In this document: positions 32,118 to 43,952 of the stretch, piece by piece
How the letters are laid out: each line of letters opens with the position of its first letter
Position numbering within the stretch: position 1 is the stretch's first letter
Assembly (NCBI GenBank): GCA_963714275.1
Contig: CAVQNT010000002.1
Location: 608,001 to 672,000 of the forward strand
Reading direction: 5' to 3'
DNA: 64,000 nucleotides
Source of the DNA: Candidatus Bathyarchaeota archaeon
GTDB lineage: Archaea > Thermoproteota > Bathyarchaeia > Bathyarchaeales > DTEX01
Translations under genes and position numbers: made by a program
Notes under the pieces: generated by a model
The model's database searches: none
What the model was told of the DNA's origin: nothing
The model's input: only the letters and a program-made list of their open reading frames with translations

Positions 32118-33394
32118 TGTTGACTCTGGAGAAAGGAAAGACGCTGCTTGTGGATGGTCCCGCAAGAGTTCATCTACGGTCAGGAAAAGTGTCCGTTTTA
32201 GGAGCCCAAGTGAAAATCGGAGAACAAATCGTAGTCCGCAGAGGAAAATGCATGCCCATAATGGGTTTAGTGGACTGCGAAGTGGAACTAATTCTTGGAG
32301 AAAACGCCTCGCACACAATAAACAGCGAAAACACAATTCCACCCTCGTGGCTGCAGGCAGCTGAAAAAATATTAGCCCATAAAGAACCCGCAACCGTGCT
32401 TGTCGTCGGCAGTGTTGACTGCGGAAAAACGGGGTTCTGCACGTTTCTTGCCAACTTAGCTTTTGGGAAGAAGCAAAAAACCGTCATCATCGACGGGGAT
32501 ATGGGTCAGTCAGACATTGGACCACCCGGAACCGTTAGCCTTTGCATGTTCAATGAGCCTGTTGCTGACCTTTTCAAACTGCGTTCAGAGGAATTAAAGT
32601 TCATAGGCGTCACAAGCCCATCTGGCAAAATTAATGCTGTTTTGGACGCTGTTAGCTACTTGAAGCAAAAAGCGGTGGAACAGTCAGCGGATTTCATCAT
32701 CGTCAATACTGACGGTTGGGTTGATGGAGACGCAGCCACAGAATATAAGGTGGGTTTAATCGAAAGAGTTGCTCCAGACATAATCGTTGCAGTTCAATGC
32801 GAAGACGAACTGTCCCCAATCCTAAATGCGCTGAAAAAATTTCAGGTCATGGTTATTCAATCTCCACAAATTATTAAGAAACGTGACCAAGAGACCAGAA
32901 AACTTCTTCGGGAATCAGCATACAAGAAGTACCTTAAAGAGGTGAAGGTCCGTTCCTTCCCCCTGAGCTGGGTTGCGGTTGAAGGAGACTTAAAATTAAA
33001 CAGCAATAACAATTCGCTGCTAAAAAAACAGATAGAGAACATAATTGGAAAAGAAGTCCTCTTTTGTCAGGAAGGACCAGACCGTATAACCATCATGCTG
33101 GGAAAAAAAGTCTCAATGAAAGAAGAGCATATTAATAAGCTTGAGTCGGAGCTCGGCAAACACGTATTATGGCTTCGCTGTGGAGACGAAGAAGGACTGC
33201 TAGTTGCCTTGGAAGACGCGAATGGTAAAGTTTTAGGATTAGGAACAATGGGCACAATAGATTTCGACAAAGGAACCATTGCACTCAACACAAGCGTTGA
33301 GGAACCCGTCTCTAAGATCATAATTGGTCAGATAAGGCTTGACGCTGAGGGACACGAAATAGGTCTTGTCTTTGAGAATTCAGGTTTCAGCTGA
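32117..33394 (+). CDS. Clp1/Nol9-like polynucleotide 5'-OH kinase
   Basis: GSVDCGKT, DGDMGQSDIGPPG, NTDGWV; start overlaps the upstream stop. Confidence 0.88.
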   Translation: MLTLEKGKTLLVDGPARVHLRSGKVSVLGAQVKIGEQIVVRRGKCMPIMGLVDCEVELILGENASHTINSENTIPPSWLQAAEKILAHKEPATVLVVGSVDCGKTGFCTFLANLAFGKKQKTVIIDGDMGQSDIGPPGTVSLCMFNEPVADLFKLRSEELKFIGVTSPSGKINAVLDAVSYLKQKAVEQSADFIIVNTDGWVDGDAATEYKVGLIERVAPDIIVAVQCEDELSPILNALKKFQVMVIQSPQIIKKRDQETRKLLRESAYKKYLKEVKVRSFPLSWVAVEGDLKLNSNNNSLLKKQIENIIGKEVLFCQEGPDRITIMLGKKVSMKEEHINKLESELGKHVLWLRCGDEEGLLVALEDANGKVLGLGTMGTIDFDKGTIALNTSVEEPVSKIIIGQIRLDAEGHEIGLVFENSGFS

Positions 33395-34045
33395 TTGACA
33401 CAAGTCCCTAACTGGGCAGGCGGAATGCAGAGGTTTTAGGGCTTTACAGTATTTCCGTCCTAAAGCGATGAAGAGCATGTGTACATTGAAATATTCTTTA
33501 GATGGATACAGCCTTTGCAGAGTTTCCCGAACCGTTTCGTAGCCACCATTTTGGGGAACTATCTTTAACCTTTTCGAAACCCGATTAACATGAGTATCAA
33601 CTGGCAATGTTGGCTTTCCAGCGGAAAAGAGGAGCACAATGTCAGCTGTTTTGGGTCCAACGCCTGGCAGGCTCATGAGCTTGGTTCTGGCTTCTTCCAT
33701 CGGTGAAGTGTAGATGAAGTCGAGGGACCCTTTGAACCTTTCAAGAATCAAATCAGCAACTTTTTTTAGGTTTCTGGATTTGTTTCTGTAAAGCCCCGCA
33801 GACCTCAATGCGTCTTCGATTTCTGCCTCTTCAGTCTCCGCTAACGATGTTGGGTTGATAGACGTTTTTCGGGAAAGGTTCTGGTAGGCTCTTCGGGTGT
33901 TCGCTTCTGCTGTGGACTGGCTTATGATTGTTCTCACCAAGACCTTAAAGGGGTCGCTTGCGATGTCCCAAGGTTCAGGCGCTTCAAAGTTGTGTTTTAG
34001 TATCCGCAGTATCTTATTTGCTCTTTCAGCATTGTTGCTTGTCAT
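33380..34045 (-). CDS. nth: Endonuclease III (HhH-GPD glycosylase)
   Basis: LPGVGPKTA, VDTHVNR, C-terminal FeS motif with one Cys replaced by His. Confidence 0.9.
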   Translation of the reverse strand: MTSNNAERANKILRILKHNFEAPEPWDIASDPFKVLVRTIISQSTAEANTRRAYQNLSRKTSINPTSLAETEEAEIEDALRSAGLYRNKSRNLKKVADLILERFKGSLDFIYTSPMEEARTKLMSLPGVGPKTADIVLLFSAGKPTLPVDTHVNRVSKRLKIVPQNGGYETVRETLQRLYPSKEYFNVHMLFIALGRKYCKALKPLHSACPVRDLCQSAET

Positions 34046-34212
34046 TGATGACGCCTTTTTGTTTCATTTATACAATGATTCAAGGTTATAGAGAATTCTT
34101 TTTAGAGGTTTTACGTCAAAGAACATTTTCCGTTGTAGTACAGGGCTAAAACACTAAAATACCAATAAACATCATGATATTGTTATCGCTACGTTTAGAG
34201 GGTTAGTGCAAC

Positions 34213-35384
34213 ATGCAGACGAACCAGCCTATAGGTAAAGTTTATAGTTTCCAGCTGCCCAAAAAGGTCCTTTTCGGGGTGAAAGCCTCCGAGAACGTTG
34301 GTTTGGAAGCCAAAGCCTTAGGCGGGAAAGTAGCTCTCCTCGTCACCGACGAAAACATGGTAAAGATGGGTATCTCGGGAAAAATCGAGGAAGCCCTAGT
34401 CAAAGAAGGACTGACCGTTGACGTTTTCAACAAGGTTGAACCGGAACCTGTCATAGAAGTAGCTGAAACCGTAGCTGAAGCTGTTAGAAAAAGGCGATAC
34501 AACATAGTAGTAGGGGTTGGTGGCGGAAGCGTTCTTGACATGGCAAAAGTCGCAGCCATAGCCCTCACGAATCCTAACCCAATGAGAAACTATGTTAGCG
34601 TAGACCTCGTGAAAAATCCTGGCGTCCCAAGCATCCTGCTGCCGACCACGTCGGGTACAGGCTCAGAGGTCACTAATGTGGCGGTTGTGACGATCGCTGA
34701 AAACGAGTTGAAGACATCCATAATAAGCCCTAACATGTTTGGGCACGTGGCTATAATTGATCCAAGCCTCACTTACAGTTTGCCCCCCGTCTTACCGCTT
34801 CAACGGGTCTTGATGCGCTAAGCCATGCCTTGGAGGCAATTTTGTCTGTTAATTCTAACCCTATTACCGATGCGTTGGCGTTGCAGGCTGTCAAGCTTAT
34901 TTTCAATAATCTGCTTAACGCCTACCAGAGCGGGGAACCTGAAAGCAGGTATGGTATGAGCCTAGGCTCGTTAATGGCTGGGATGGCCTTTGGGAACGCT
35001 GGCGTATGTCTTGGCCACGCAGCAGCCTACACTTTCGCTGTGTCCCATAAAGTTACGCATGGAGTGTCGTGTGGACTGGTCTTGCCTTACATTTTCAGAT
35101 TTAGTGCTCCAGCAATTTCTTGGAAGATTCCTGAGGTCGTTAGAGTCATGAACCTTGACGCAAAGAACCTGAGGCCCGATGGAATGGGTCTCGTAGTTTC
35201 GGATTCTGTCCTCGAGTTGATGGGTGAATTGCAGATGCCGAAGAGGCTGAGAGACTTGGGAATACCCAGAGAGGCTATGTCTAAGCTGGCGGATAAACTT
35301 CTTACGTTTAAACGCCTGATTCTGAGGAGCCCAAGACAGCCGTCCAGAGAAGAGGCTTTAAGGCTTTTCGAGGAAATGTGGTGA
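34213..35384 (+). CDS. Iron-containing alcohol dehydrogenase, C-run indel near 34785
   Basis: GGGSVLD, PTTSGTGSE, DALSHA, HGVS. Confidence 0.9.
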
Positions 35385-35541
35385 TCCTGTAAAAGCTGAA
35401 CATGAAATTCCTTAAAAAAAAGTTTGCACGGTGGATGCATATAACTATTCATTATATTGATTTTTTAGGCGGATTCGTAGTAATTTTTAAGTTATGTAGG
35501 CTCAATATGAAGGTGTTTGCTTCGAAAAGGATTGATAAGAC

Positions 35542-36327
35542 TTGAAAGAAAACAGGCTTAGGGAATTGATGAAAAAGAGCGAACCGACTATTGGCACCCG
35601 AATCATGATTGCGTGGCCAGGTCTGGTTGAGATGGTTGGGAACACGGGCGCCTACGATTATGTTGAGTTTCTAGGCGAGTACGGTCCTTTCGACCTTTAC
35701 GACCTTGACAATTTGGCTCGGGCTGCTGAGCTGGTCGGCGTTTCGTCCATGATAAAGATTGACCAGGAACCGAGAACGTTTTTGGCTGGAAGAGCCTTAG
35801 CAGCTGGAATCCAGAACGTGCTTTTCGCCGACATTCGAACAGTCGAGGATGCTGAGGAGGCTGTGCGAGCGGTGAGGATGGAGCCCAAAGGTTTCAGCGG
35901 ATTCAGGATGGACCGAAGAGTCGGGTACATAGGTTCCACAGGTTCAGCGGCAGACGTTGTTAAAATGTGCGACGACTCTGTTGTCGCGTTAATGGTTGAA
36001 AAGAAACAGGCTGTCGAAAACTTAGAAGAAATTCTTTCCGTAAGAGGAGTGGACATGGTTCAGTTCGGTCCGTCCGACTATTCTGTAAGCATCGGCTTGC
36101 CCGGCGACGTAATGAACCCGAAGGTGAGGGAAGCGGAGTTGAAAACCATCAAGACGGCGTTGAAGATGGATGTGGCGCCCAGAGCCGAGATTGGCAGACC
36201 CGAAGACGCTAAAAGGTACCTTGACCTCGGGGTACGGAACTTTAGCCTAGGCACAGACGTAGGGATTTTGAACATATACTGGAAGAACAACGGGGCAGAA
36301 CTGAAAAAACTTTTTTCCAAAACATGA
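35542..36327 (+). CDS. HpcH/HpaI class II aldolase
   Basis: MVE, FGPSDYSVSIG, GTD. Confidence 0.85.
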   Translation: MKENRLRELMKKSEPTIGTRIMIAWPGLVEMVGNTGAYDYVEFLGEYGPFDLYDLDNLARAAELVGVSSMIKIDQEPRTFLAGRALAAGIQNVLFADIRTVEDAEEAVRAVRMEPKGFSGFRMDRRVGYIGSTGSAADVVKMCDDSVVALMVEKKQAVENLEEILSVRGVDMVQFGPSDYSVSIGLPGDVMNPKVREAELKTIKTALKMDVAPRAEIGRPEDAKRYLDLGVRNFSLGTDVGILNIYWKNNGAELKKLFSKT

Positions 36328-36399
36328 ACAGCTTATGGCAAATTGGTAAAGAAATAATAAATACGAAAAACTTTATCGTCAAGTGTAGGTGAGTTTGCA

Positions 36400-36777
36400 A
36401 TGTCGCAGGCAAAGATTATTCGTGAAGAAACAAAAATTGGGGACAACGTTTTCTCCGCGGTGCTCATTGAAACTAAGAATGGCTATGTTGTGCTTTTAAG
36501 CGAGGGGCAAGACAACATCGGAACCTTGGCGGTATCAATCCCCCAAACGCCGGGGATGGTGGGACCGCCATTGTCATCCGCACTTCTGGGCGACAGAAAC
36601 GTGATGCTTGCCAGAATGTTGGCGGAACGGCTTGCCAACAGCTTGAAGAAGATGGTTTTGGTTTCAGTCTTCGTTAAGACAACTAAAGAGGCGGAGGCTG
36701 GACGGACATTCCTTAGGCTTCTTGAAAAAACCTTGAAGAGGATGATGGCGGATAATGAGTCTCAGAAGCTTTCTTGA
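36400..36777 (+). CDS. Hypothetical protein (possible proteasome assembly chaperone-like fold)
   Basis: Clean ORF with GGTGA SD; GTLAVSIP...LAERLA...VSVF pattern. Confidence 0.55.
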   Translation: MSQAKIIREETKIGDNVFSAVLIETKNGYVVLLSEGQDNIGTLAVSIPQTPGMVGPPLSSALLGDRNVMLARMLAERLANSLKKMVLVSVFVKTTKEAEAGRTFLRLLEKTLKRMMADNESQKLS

Positions 36778-36895
36778 TAGCATGGAAAAGCAAGGGCAAG
36801 TACTCCACATTAAAGACGGGGTGTCCACGAAACACGAGATATCATCAATCATGAACGCTTTTCCAGATGGTCCAGTTCTGTTTTTCGAGGAGTGA
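36755..36895 (+). pseudogene. N-terminal remnant of a UbiD-family decarboxylase
   Basis: MSLRSFLDSMEKQGQVLHIKDGVSTKHEISSIMNAFPDGPVLFFEE then TGA; no room for the remaining ~380 aa before the next gene. Confidence 0.7.
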
Positions 36896-36978
36896 GCTGA
36901 CTTTTTCATCCGTCCTTTTCATGCCAAGTAAAGTGGACATTATAAATCTTTTGATAAATTACTTAAATGAACTCTTTT

Positions 36979-37371
36979 TTATCTGTGTGACGCGAAGACT
37001 TCTTCTTGCCTTTTTTCAGCCACCGTAAGTAGGGCTTTGTAGTATTCTCCTGTCTCTATTTTTATACAGATGTTGTCTAAGGCTTCGTGGACGCTTCGGA
37101 AATACTCCCTGTCTGAATCTTTGAGTTTACCATCTTGTACCATCATTACACGGTCTTGGATGCCCAGTCCAGCTTCCCTCAGCGAAACGTAAAGAACACG
37201 GTGTTCAACTTGAATCAGCTGCGGATAAATGTCCTTGGCTAGCTCAACAAGGTCCTCGCCTACAGTTTGAAGCTGCGGAACATCCCAAGACAGCATGTAA
37301 CCTTCATTTCTGGTCAAAATTTCTCTCAGCTGAGTCTGAATTATGTTCAGTACTGGAAGAAATTTTTCCAT
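36979..37371 (-). CDS. Hypothetical helical protein
   Basis: 130-aa ORF with GGAGG SD; no family recognised. Confidence 0.6.
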   Translation of the reverse strand: MEKFLPVLNIIQTQLREILTRNEGYMLSWDVPQLQTVGEDLVELAKDIYPQLIQVEHRVLYVSLREAGLGIQDRVMMVQDGKLKDSDREYFRSVHEALDNICIKIETGEYYKALLTVAEKRQEEVFASHR

Positions 37372-37515
37372 GCCAACCTCCTAATTAGTAGGCAAGTTAA
37401 ACGTTTAAAGATTGCTTAAAAAACAAAAAAACAACCAGTCTCTAAATTAATCCGCAATAATCGCTTTTTTGCTGTATGTTTTTTAAGGTTCGTAACAAAT
37501 TAAGGTTGAAAAGTT

Positions 37516-38253
37516 ATGCCTCGATATGCCATTGAGACCTTTGACCTGACGAAGCGGTTCAGCGAACACACCGCAGTTGACCATCTAAACCTAAAGGTCG
37601 AAGAAGGAACCATCCACAGCCTTTTGGGACCAAACGGAGCAGGAAAGACAACCGTGCTGAACATGCTTTCTGGCATCCTTAAGCCCACAAGCGGATCAGC
37701 GCAAATATTGGGCTACGACATTGGAAAGGAGCCTGAAAAAGCCAAAAGCCTGGTCGGCTACTTGCCTGAGGAACCTCAAATCTACGAGATACTGACGGTA
37801 AGAGAGTTTCTGAGGCTGATCGGTCGAGCATACTCTGTGCCTAAGTATGAGCTTGAGGGACGAATCGACGAGTACTTGAAACTTTTCGACTTGAAACGTG
37901 TTGAGCAGGTCTTCTGTGGAGCCCTTTCGCACGGCATGAAGCAACGTGTCGTGGTATGCTCGGTTCTGATCCATGACCCCAAAGTAATTTTGTTGGATGA
38001 ACCTTTCTATGGGTTGGACCCTGCATCAGGTAGGCTTTTCAAGGAGTTCCTGAGAGACAGGGCGGCGGACGGCAGCACCATCCTTGTTTCAACCCACATT
38101 CTTGAGATTGCTGAAAGGTTCAGCGGCAAGGTCACGATTCTTAACGAAAGCAGGATTGTCGCAGAAGGCACATTGGAGGAGCTGAGGGAGAAAGCAGGCA
38201 TCGGTGGAGATTCATCGCTTGAGGACGTTTTTCTCGCGCTTACAGAGAGGTAA
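37516..38253 (+). CDS. ABC transporter ATP-binding protein
   Basis: GPNGAGKT, LSHGMKQR, LLDEP. Confidence 0.93.
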   Translation: MPRYAIETFDLTKRFSEHTAVDHLNLKVEEGTIHSLLGPNGAGKTTVLNMLSGILKPTSGSAQILGYDIGKEPEKAKSLVGYLPEEPQIYEILTVREFLRLIGRAYSVPKYELEGRIDEYLKLFDLKRVEQVFCGALSHGMKQRVVVCSVLIHDPKVILLDEPFYGLDPASGRLFKEFLRDRAADGSTILVSTHILEIAERFSGKVTILNESRIVAEGTLEELREKAGIGGDSSLEDVFLALTER

Positions 38254-38259
38254 AGACGA

Positions 38260-39950
38260 TTGACTGGAAAAACGGTTCTCATGGTCAAGTATGAGTTACA
38301 CATGCTTCGGATGTCTTTCGAACTTAATGCGAGGAAGCCAAGTACGTTGCCAGCCATATTGCTCTACTTTTGACGTGCCTGATAATCGGGGTTTCGTTTG
38401 CTCTGACGCCTCTATACTTGTTTCCAGACCAGAATCCGCTTGGCTTAACCAGCCCAGATGCCATTGCCCGAAACGTCTTGAGCACGTTTTTCGCTTTGAT
38501 GTTGCTCTACACCATTCTTCGAGGCGTCTTCAGTAAAGGAGTCCGCAACTACATGACGCTGGCGGACGCTGATCTTTTAGCTTTGACTCCAGTTAAACCA
38601 AGGTCGCTTGTTATGGCGAAATGCGTGAGAGCCCTTGTTTCCAGAATTTCCATGACTTTCCTTGCGTTTTTTATTATGTTTCCTGTTTCTTTGACTTTAG
38701 GGACACCGTTGCTTCTGTTTTTCGTGGCATTATTGTCATTTACTCTTTACATTGAGTTTCTTCAGGTTGCCAGTATAGCAATTCAGTCAGTTTCGGATGT
38801 TGCACGGTTAAAGCTTCCCTCCATAATAAAATTCACGTTAAAAATTTCTGCAGTCGCAGCATCGTCAGCAGTCATAATCGTGGCAATATTGAGTCCGTAT
38901 TTTCCAATCCAACAATACGTGGCGGTTTTAGGTCAAGCTGCTGAAGACCTTTGGGTTAGCCTTCCAAGCTCAATCGCTGCTTCTTCGATTGCGAAGCTAA
39001 TGTTTGGCAACACAGAAACATTGTCTCAAGACATCATTTTTTTAGCAGCCTTCATTGGCGTTTCCTTAGTCGCCACACACCTTTCTTTGGGACCATTTCA
39101 TCCTGAACAGCTTTTGCCCATTCCCTCGCCTGTTGGGATACAAAATCCGTTTGGGCTCCGCATTGAAAAACTCCTCGAAGACAGGTTCAGTTGGCAAAAG
39201 CCTTCTCAGATTGTATTTTTGAAAGATTTGAAGTTGACTTTGAGAGGAGCTTTGATTGATTTCTCGCTGTTAAACTTCATATTAATGTACGGAGTTTCGT
39301 TTGCAGCGTGGTTCCTCCTCGAATCGGTTCTTCCCATTCAAGCAATTCCTGATTTTGAGGAGCTTCTGGGACCGCTAAGAATATTCGTTAAGGAGTTTGT
39401 TCTCATACTTGCCCTTATGCCGTTCATCCCTTCCTTAACGTCGTTCAGCCGCGAAATGGGCAAAATCTGGATTCTGAAATCCTTTCCGTTCAAAAGCCAC
39501 TCGTCAGCTGAAGGAAAATTCCTGTTTGCGTTGACTATTTCTGCTGTTTCGCTTGCTCCCATGGCTTTGGTGGCTGGGTGGGTTTTCAGAGTCTCCTTCT
39601 CAGAGTGGATACTCGGTGTGCTTCTCCCCTTTATCCTCCTAATCGCAAATTCGTTCGGCGTCCTAATCGGCGCCTACATTCCTCCGTACGATTTGAACAA
39701 CCAGATTTCGCTTAAGTCAGCAAGTGCCTTTTTTATTTCCCTGATAATTTTGCTGGCGCCTTTCATTTTTGTCGTCTCCGTTCATTCAGTCTTGTTTCAA
39801 GCAGTCATCGTGGTAGCGATTGTGGCGTATTCGTTGTTGGCAACAAACCTTTTTCTCAAGGTAGCCAGTAGAGGATTCGATAAAATGGAACTGAAAAAGG
39901 TATTTCCCCGCAACCCACGCCTAGAACAATCTACTGTCGAGGAACAATAA
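38260..39950 (+). CDS. ABC exporter permease, T-run indel near 38368
   Basis: Many transmembrane helices, follows the ATPase. Confidence 0.75.
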
Positions 39951-39970
39951 CTGGCGAACTTGGCATCGTT

Positions 39971-41294
39971 CTAGAAAGTAGTTTTCTTGCCGAAGAAGGG
40001 AAGTCTCTTTCTTCGCAGGGTCTTCATCATCCTTCTAGCCATAGTGTATTGCTGAAGCAAGGTTTTCACGTCTTTCTCCGTTGTGCCTGAACCTCTGGCA
40101 ACCCGTTTAATCCTCGAAGCGCTCAGAATCTTGGGCTGCTCCCTTTCGTCAGGCGTCATGGACTGGATGATGACGCGCCACTTCTTCATCTGGTCCTCTG
40201 CAACGTCCATCTTATCGGTTGGAATCTCGTAGCCGAACCCTGGCACCATCTTCAAAATTTTGTCCAGCGGACCCATGCTTCGCATAGCCTCGAACTGCTC
40301 GTACATGTCAGCAAGCGTGAATTTTCCGCTTAGAATGGCTTTAGCCTTCTTTTCGGGGACCTTGATTTCGGCTTCTCTAACCTTCTCGATGAGGCTTTGC
40401 AGGTCGCCCATACCCAAGAGCCTGCCAACGAACCGGGGCGGGTCAAACGGTTCAATGGCGTCGGTTTTTTCGCCTGTGCCCAAAAATTTTATTGGCACGC
40501 CTGTGGCTGCGACAGCTGAAAGGGCTCCTCCTCCGCGGGCTGAACCGTCAAGTTTTGCGACGACGATTGAGCCTAAAGGCGTGGCTTTGTGGAAAGCTTC
40601 AGCTTGGATGGCTGCCTGTTGCCCGATTGTTCCGTCTATGACCATGATGACCTCGTCAGGCTGCACGGTTTTCTCGAGCGATTTCATCTCTTTTATGAGG
40701 CTTTCCTCGTCTTTGTGCCTACCAGCGGTATCAACGATGACAACATCATAATTCTCGAACTTTCTGAGACCTTCCGCCGCGACCTTGGCAGCGTTCTTTT
40801 CTTTCTCGTCCCCATAAATTGGGATGTTAATCTGGTCTGCGAGCTGCCTTAGCTGAGCAAAGGCGCCAGCCCTGAAAGTGTCAGTGCACACAAGTGCTAT
40901 TTTATGTCCCCGTTTCTGTAGATACCTAGCTCAGCTTGGCGGTTGTGGTCGTTTTTCCTGAGCCTTGGATTCCAACAAGCATAAAAATGGTTCTTTTCCC
41001 AGGCTTCGTCGCCAGCGGAATGGGTTTTTCGCCTAGGAACCGAGTTATCTCTTCGTAGACGACTTTTACGACATGTTCTCTTCTCGGAATTCCTGGCGGA
41101 ACTTTTTCCTGCAGCGCACGTTCCTCTATCCTTTTCGAAAGGTCCAAGACAAGCTTAACGTTCACGTCAGCCTGCAGCAGCGACCTTTGCAGGTCACGGA
41201 CGAGCTCCTTAACGACCGCCTCGTCGACAACGGAAACTCTGAGAAGCTTCTTTAACGAATCGTAAAGCGACGAACCCAGACCTTCCAGAACCAA
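39971..41294 (-). CDS. srp54: Signal recognition particle protein SRP54, indel near 40930
   Basis: GIQGSGKTTT, DTAGRH, KLDGSARGGGALS, SRIKRVARGSG. Confidence 0.95.
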
Positions 41295-41401
41295 CTCGGT
41301 CCAGCCAACCAAAGGATACTTACAATCGGACTATGAACTCATTTACTGAATCACTAGTTGAGAGCATGCCCATAAATCTATCTTTAAAAGAACACCTTTT
41401 T

Positions 41402-42244
41402 TCAGGGAAGTTTCTGGCAGCTTGGACAATAATACGATGCTCCGCCAAGGTATTGCATCTTTCCGATGGGTGTTCCGCATTCAGGACACGGCTTACCCAC
41501 CTGTCTGCTGTCAAGAATTCTCTTGTATTTTCCAGGACGGTTGTAAAGGTCGAATTCGGTGTCTCTGCCACCTAGTTCCACTGCTTGTTTTAGGGTTTCT
41601 CTAATTGCCTTATGAAGCGCTCTCTTTTCTTTCTCGGTAAGGTTGATGCACCTTTTCCTGGGATGAACCTTAGCCCTGAAAAGGATGTCCTGCAGATAAC
41701 CATTTCCGACGCCCCAGATGCCGGGTTTACTGATTATAAAGAACTTGACACTTCTGGAATCCGCATCTACGAGCTCTCCGAAAAGTCCATGAAAATACTC
41801 AAATGTAAACTTATCACTTAAAGGAGAAACCGCCTTTCTGCCAAGATGATATCCCCTTTTTCCTTCAATTTCGGATTGGTGAAAGAGCTGGGCAAACCCC
41901 CATCCTTGAACTGTGACCGTAAGGTATGTGTTGTCCTCAAAATGTAGTAGGAGCTGGTGCTTTTTTGGTAGTGTGCTTTCGTTTTGGTGAAACAGTATTC
42001 TTTCTCCGCCCCATCCAAGCAATAATACATAATCGGGTTCTACTGAAGCCCAAATCGAGGAACCTTGTTCAATCGCAGGTCCCATCGTTTTACCTTTAAG
42101 AATGGCTTCGTATTCTTCTGGTGGACGATTGTAGAATGCGAATTTATGTGGCGAATTTCCACGGATGCAAGATTCGACCTTTTTTCCTTTCAGTTCCTCG
42201 GTCATTTGGCGGGCTATTATCATTGCCTCAGGAAGTTCAATCAT
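41402..42244 (-). CDS. Fpg/Nei family DNA glycosylase (MIELPE N-terminus)
   Basis: ELPE, GVGNGY H2TH motif, CPEC...CPSCQ zinc finger. Confidence 0.88.
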   Translation of the reverse strand: MIELPEAMIIARQMTEELKGKKVESCIRGNSPHKFAFYNRPPEEYEAILKGKTMGPAIEQGSSIWASVEPDYVLLLGWGGERILFHQNESTLPKKHQLLLHFEDNTYLTVTVQGWGFAQLFHQSEIEGKRGYHLGRKAVSPLSDKFTFEYFHGLFGELVDADSRSVKFFIISKPGIWGVGNGYLQDILFRAKVHPRKRCINLTEKEKRALHKAIRETLKQAVELGGRDTEFDLYNRPGKYKRILDSRQVGKPCPECGTPIGKMQYLGGASYYCPSCQKLP

Positions 42245-42387
42245 CTTCGTTCAATCCTCCTTTCCTAATATAGACTCTTTTTTATTTTATGTTTCTACTA
42301 CCTTATGAAAAAAAATTCATCTTAAAAGGAAGGATTAAAGTTTATCAACGTTTCAAACATTCTATTGCTTAAGGTGAGTATAGCTGA

Positions 42388-43442
42388 ATGAAACTGATTG
42401 ACCTAAGAAGCGACACAGTGACCTTGCCCACCGAGGAGATGCTTGAAGTTATAAGGCACGCGGAGCTCGGCGACGACGTTTATGGTGAGGACCCGACGGT
42501 TAACCAGCTCGAAGAAATGGCAGCAAAAAAAATGGGTAAGGAAGCAGCCATGCTTGTGCCAAGCGGGACGATGGCGAACCTTGTCTCCGTGATGTGCAAC
42601 ACGAAACGGGGAGACAGCGCAATACTGGAAGCAGACTCGCACATCTACTGGTATGAGCTAGGCGGAATCTCAGCCATCGCAGGAGTTTTGCCTTTACCAG
42701 TTAAGGGAACAATGGGCGTCCTTGACCCTTTGAACATTGAGGCTGTGATTAGACCAAAGGGCTTGCATTCAGCTGAGGACGACGCTTATTTGTATAGAGA
42801 ACACGCATAACAGGGCTGGAGGTACAATCGTCACCCCGTCTCAGATTGAAGCGATAAGCAGGGTCGCAAAGAAGCATAAGCTGAGACTTTACATGGACGG
42901 AGCCCGAATTTTCAACGCTGCGGTTGCCTTGAAGGTTGATGTGCAACAGTTCACGAGACACGTTGACAACCTGATGTTCTGCCTCTCGAAAGGGCTAAGC
43001 TGCCCCATAGGCTCCATTGTAGTAGGCACCGAAGAACACATCCAGAAAGCCCGAAGAGCCAGAAAAATTTTAGGCGGAGGAATGCGGCAAGCGGGCGTCA
43101 TAGCAGACTCCAGGCATTATCGCGCTGGAAAAGATGATAAATCGATTAGAGGATGATCACTGCAATGCCCGTTTGCTGGCTGAGGGATTATCGAAAATTG
43201 AAGGAGTCAAGGTGGACATGAAGACTGTTCAGACCAACATGGCCATGTTCGATGTAGATGGTTTGGGGATCAAAGCCGACGTTTTCGTGAAGCAGCTGAA
43301 GGGACACGGCGTCCTCGCTGGAAATATGAGCAAAACAAGGGTTAGAATGGTTACGTACCGAGGTATCGAAAAGGAAGATATCGAAAAATCGTTGGCAGCA
43401 ATCGAGAAAACAATAAAAGAACTACTAACAAAGATTAGTTGA
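42388..43442 (+). CDS. ltaE: Low-specificity L-threonine aldolase, indels near 42770 and 43106
   Basis: [38 protein letters not shown]. Confidence 0.92.
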
Positions 43443-43458
43443 AACCCACAAGATTCTT

Positions 43459-43851
43459 TTACTTTACACGCATGACTCTGTTTTTGCCTAGGATGCTCCA
43501 GTACTCGACCTCTACACCTTCGGTTATGCGGGGTTTAAGGTCTTCGTCGTCCGGGAGTGGAGTCTCAAAAATTTCGTACGTCTCCATGTCCATTATCTGC
43601 AGGGCATTGGGAAGAATGGCAATCAGCTGACCCGTCTTTTTTTCGATCATGGGCATGTCAACCTTGGCATCCACGGGCTTAACGAAGCTGCGTTTGAGAC
43701 TATCGAAGACTCCGATTGCCACTACGCGCGCTTTCGCTGCGCCGTGTTTTCCGGGTTTCGACTTTGTAACTTCCACTATTCGGCACGCTATGTCATCGAC
43801 AATAACGTAACTTCCAGTTTTCAGGCTTCCAACTTCCACAGGTCTGCTCAT
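43459..43851 (-). CDS. eif5a: Translation factor aIF5A
   Basis: SKPGKHGAAK hypusine motif. Confidence 0.96.
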   Translation of the reverse strand: MSRPVEVGSLKTGSYVIVDDIACRIVEVTKSKPGKHGAAKARVVAIGVFDSLKRSFVKPVDAKVDMPMIEKKTGQLIAILPNALQIMDMETYEIFETPLPDDEDLKPRITEGVEVEYWSILGKNRVMRVK

Positions 43852-43952
43852 AACCTTCGTCCTCAAAGTAAAGTAAAACCATAATCTTTTACATACGAAG
43901 GCTTAATTACTATAATAAGTTTCCGCCCACCAATCTCGAGGCGCATACAAAA

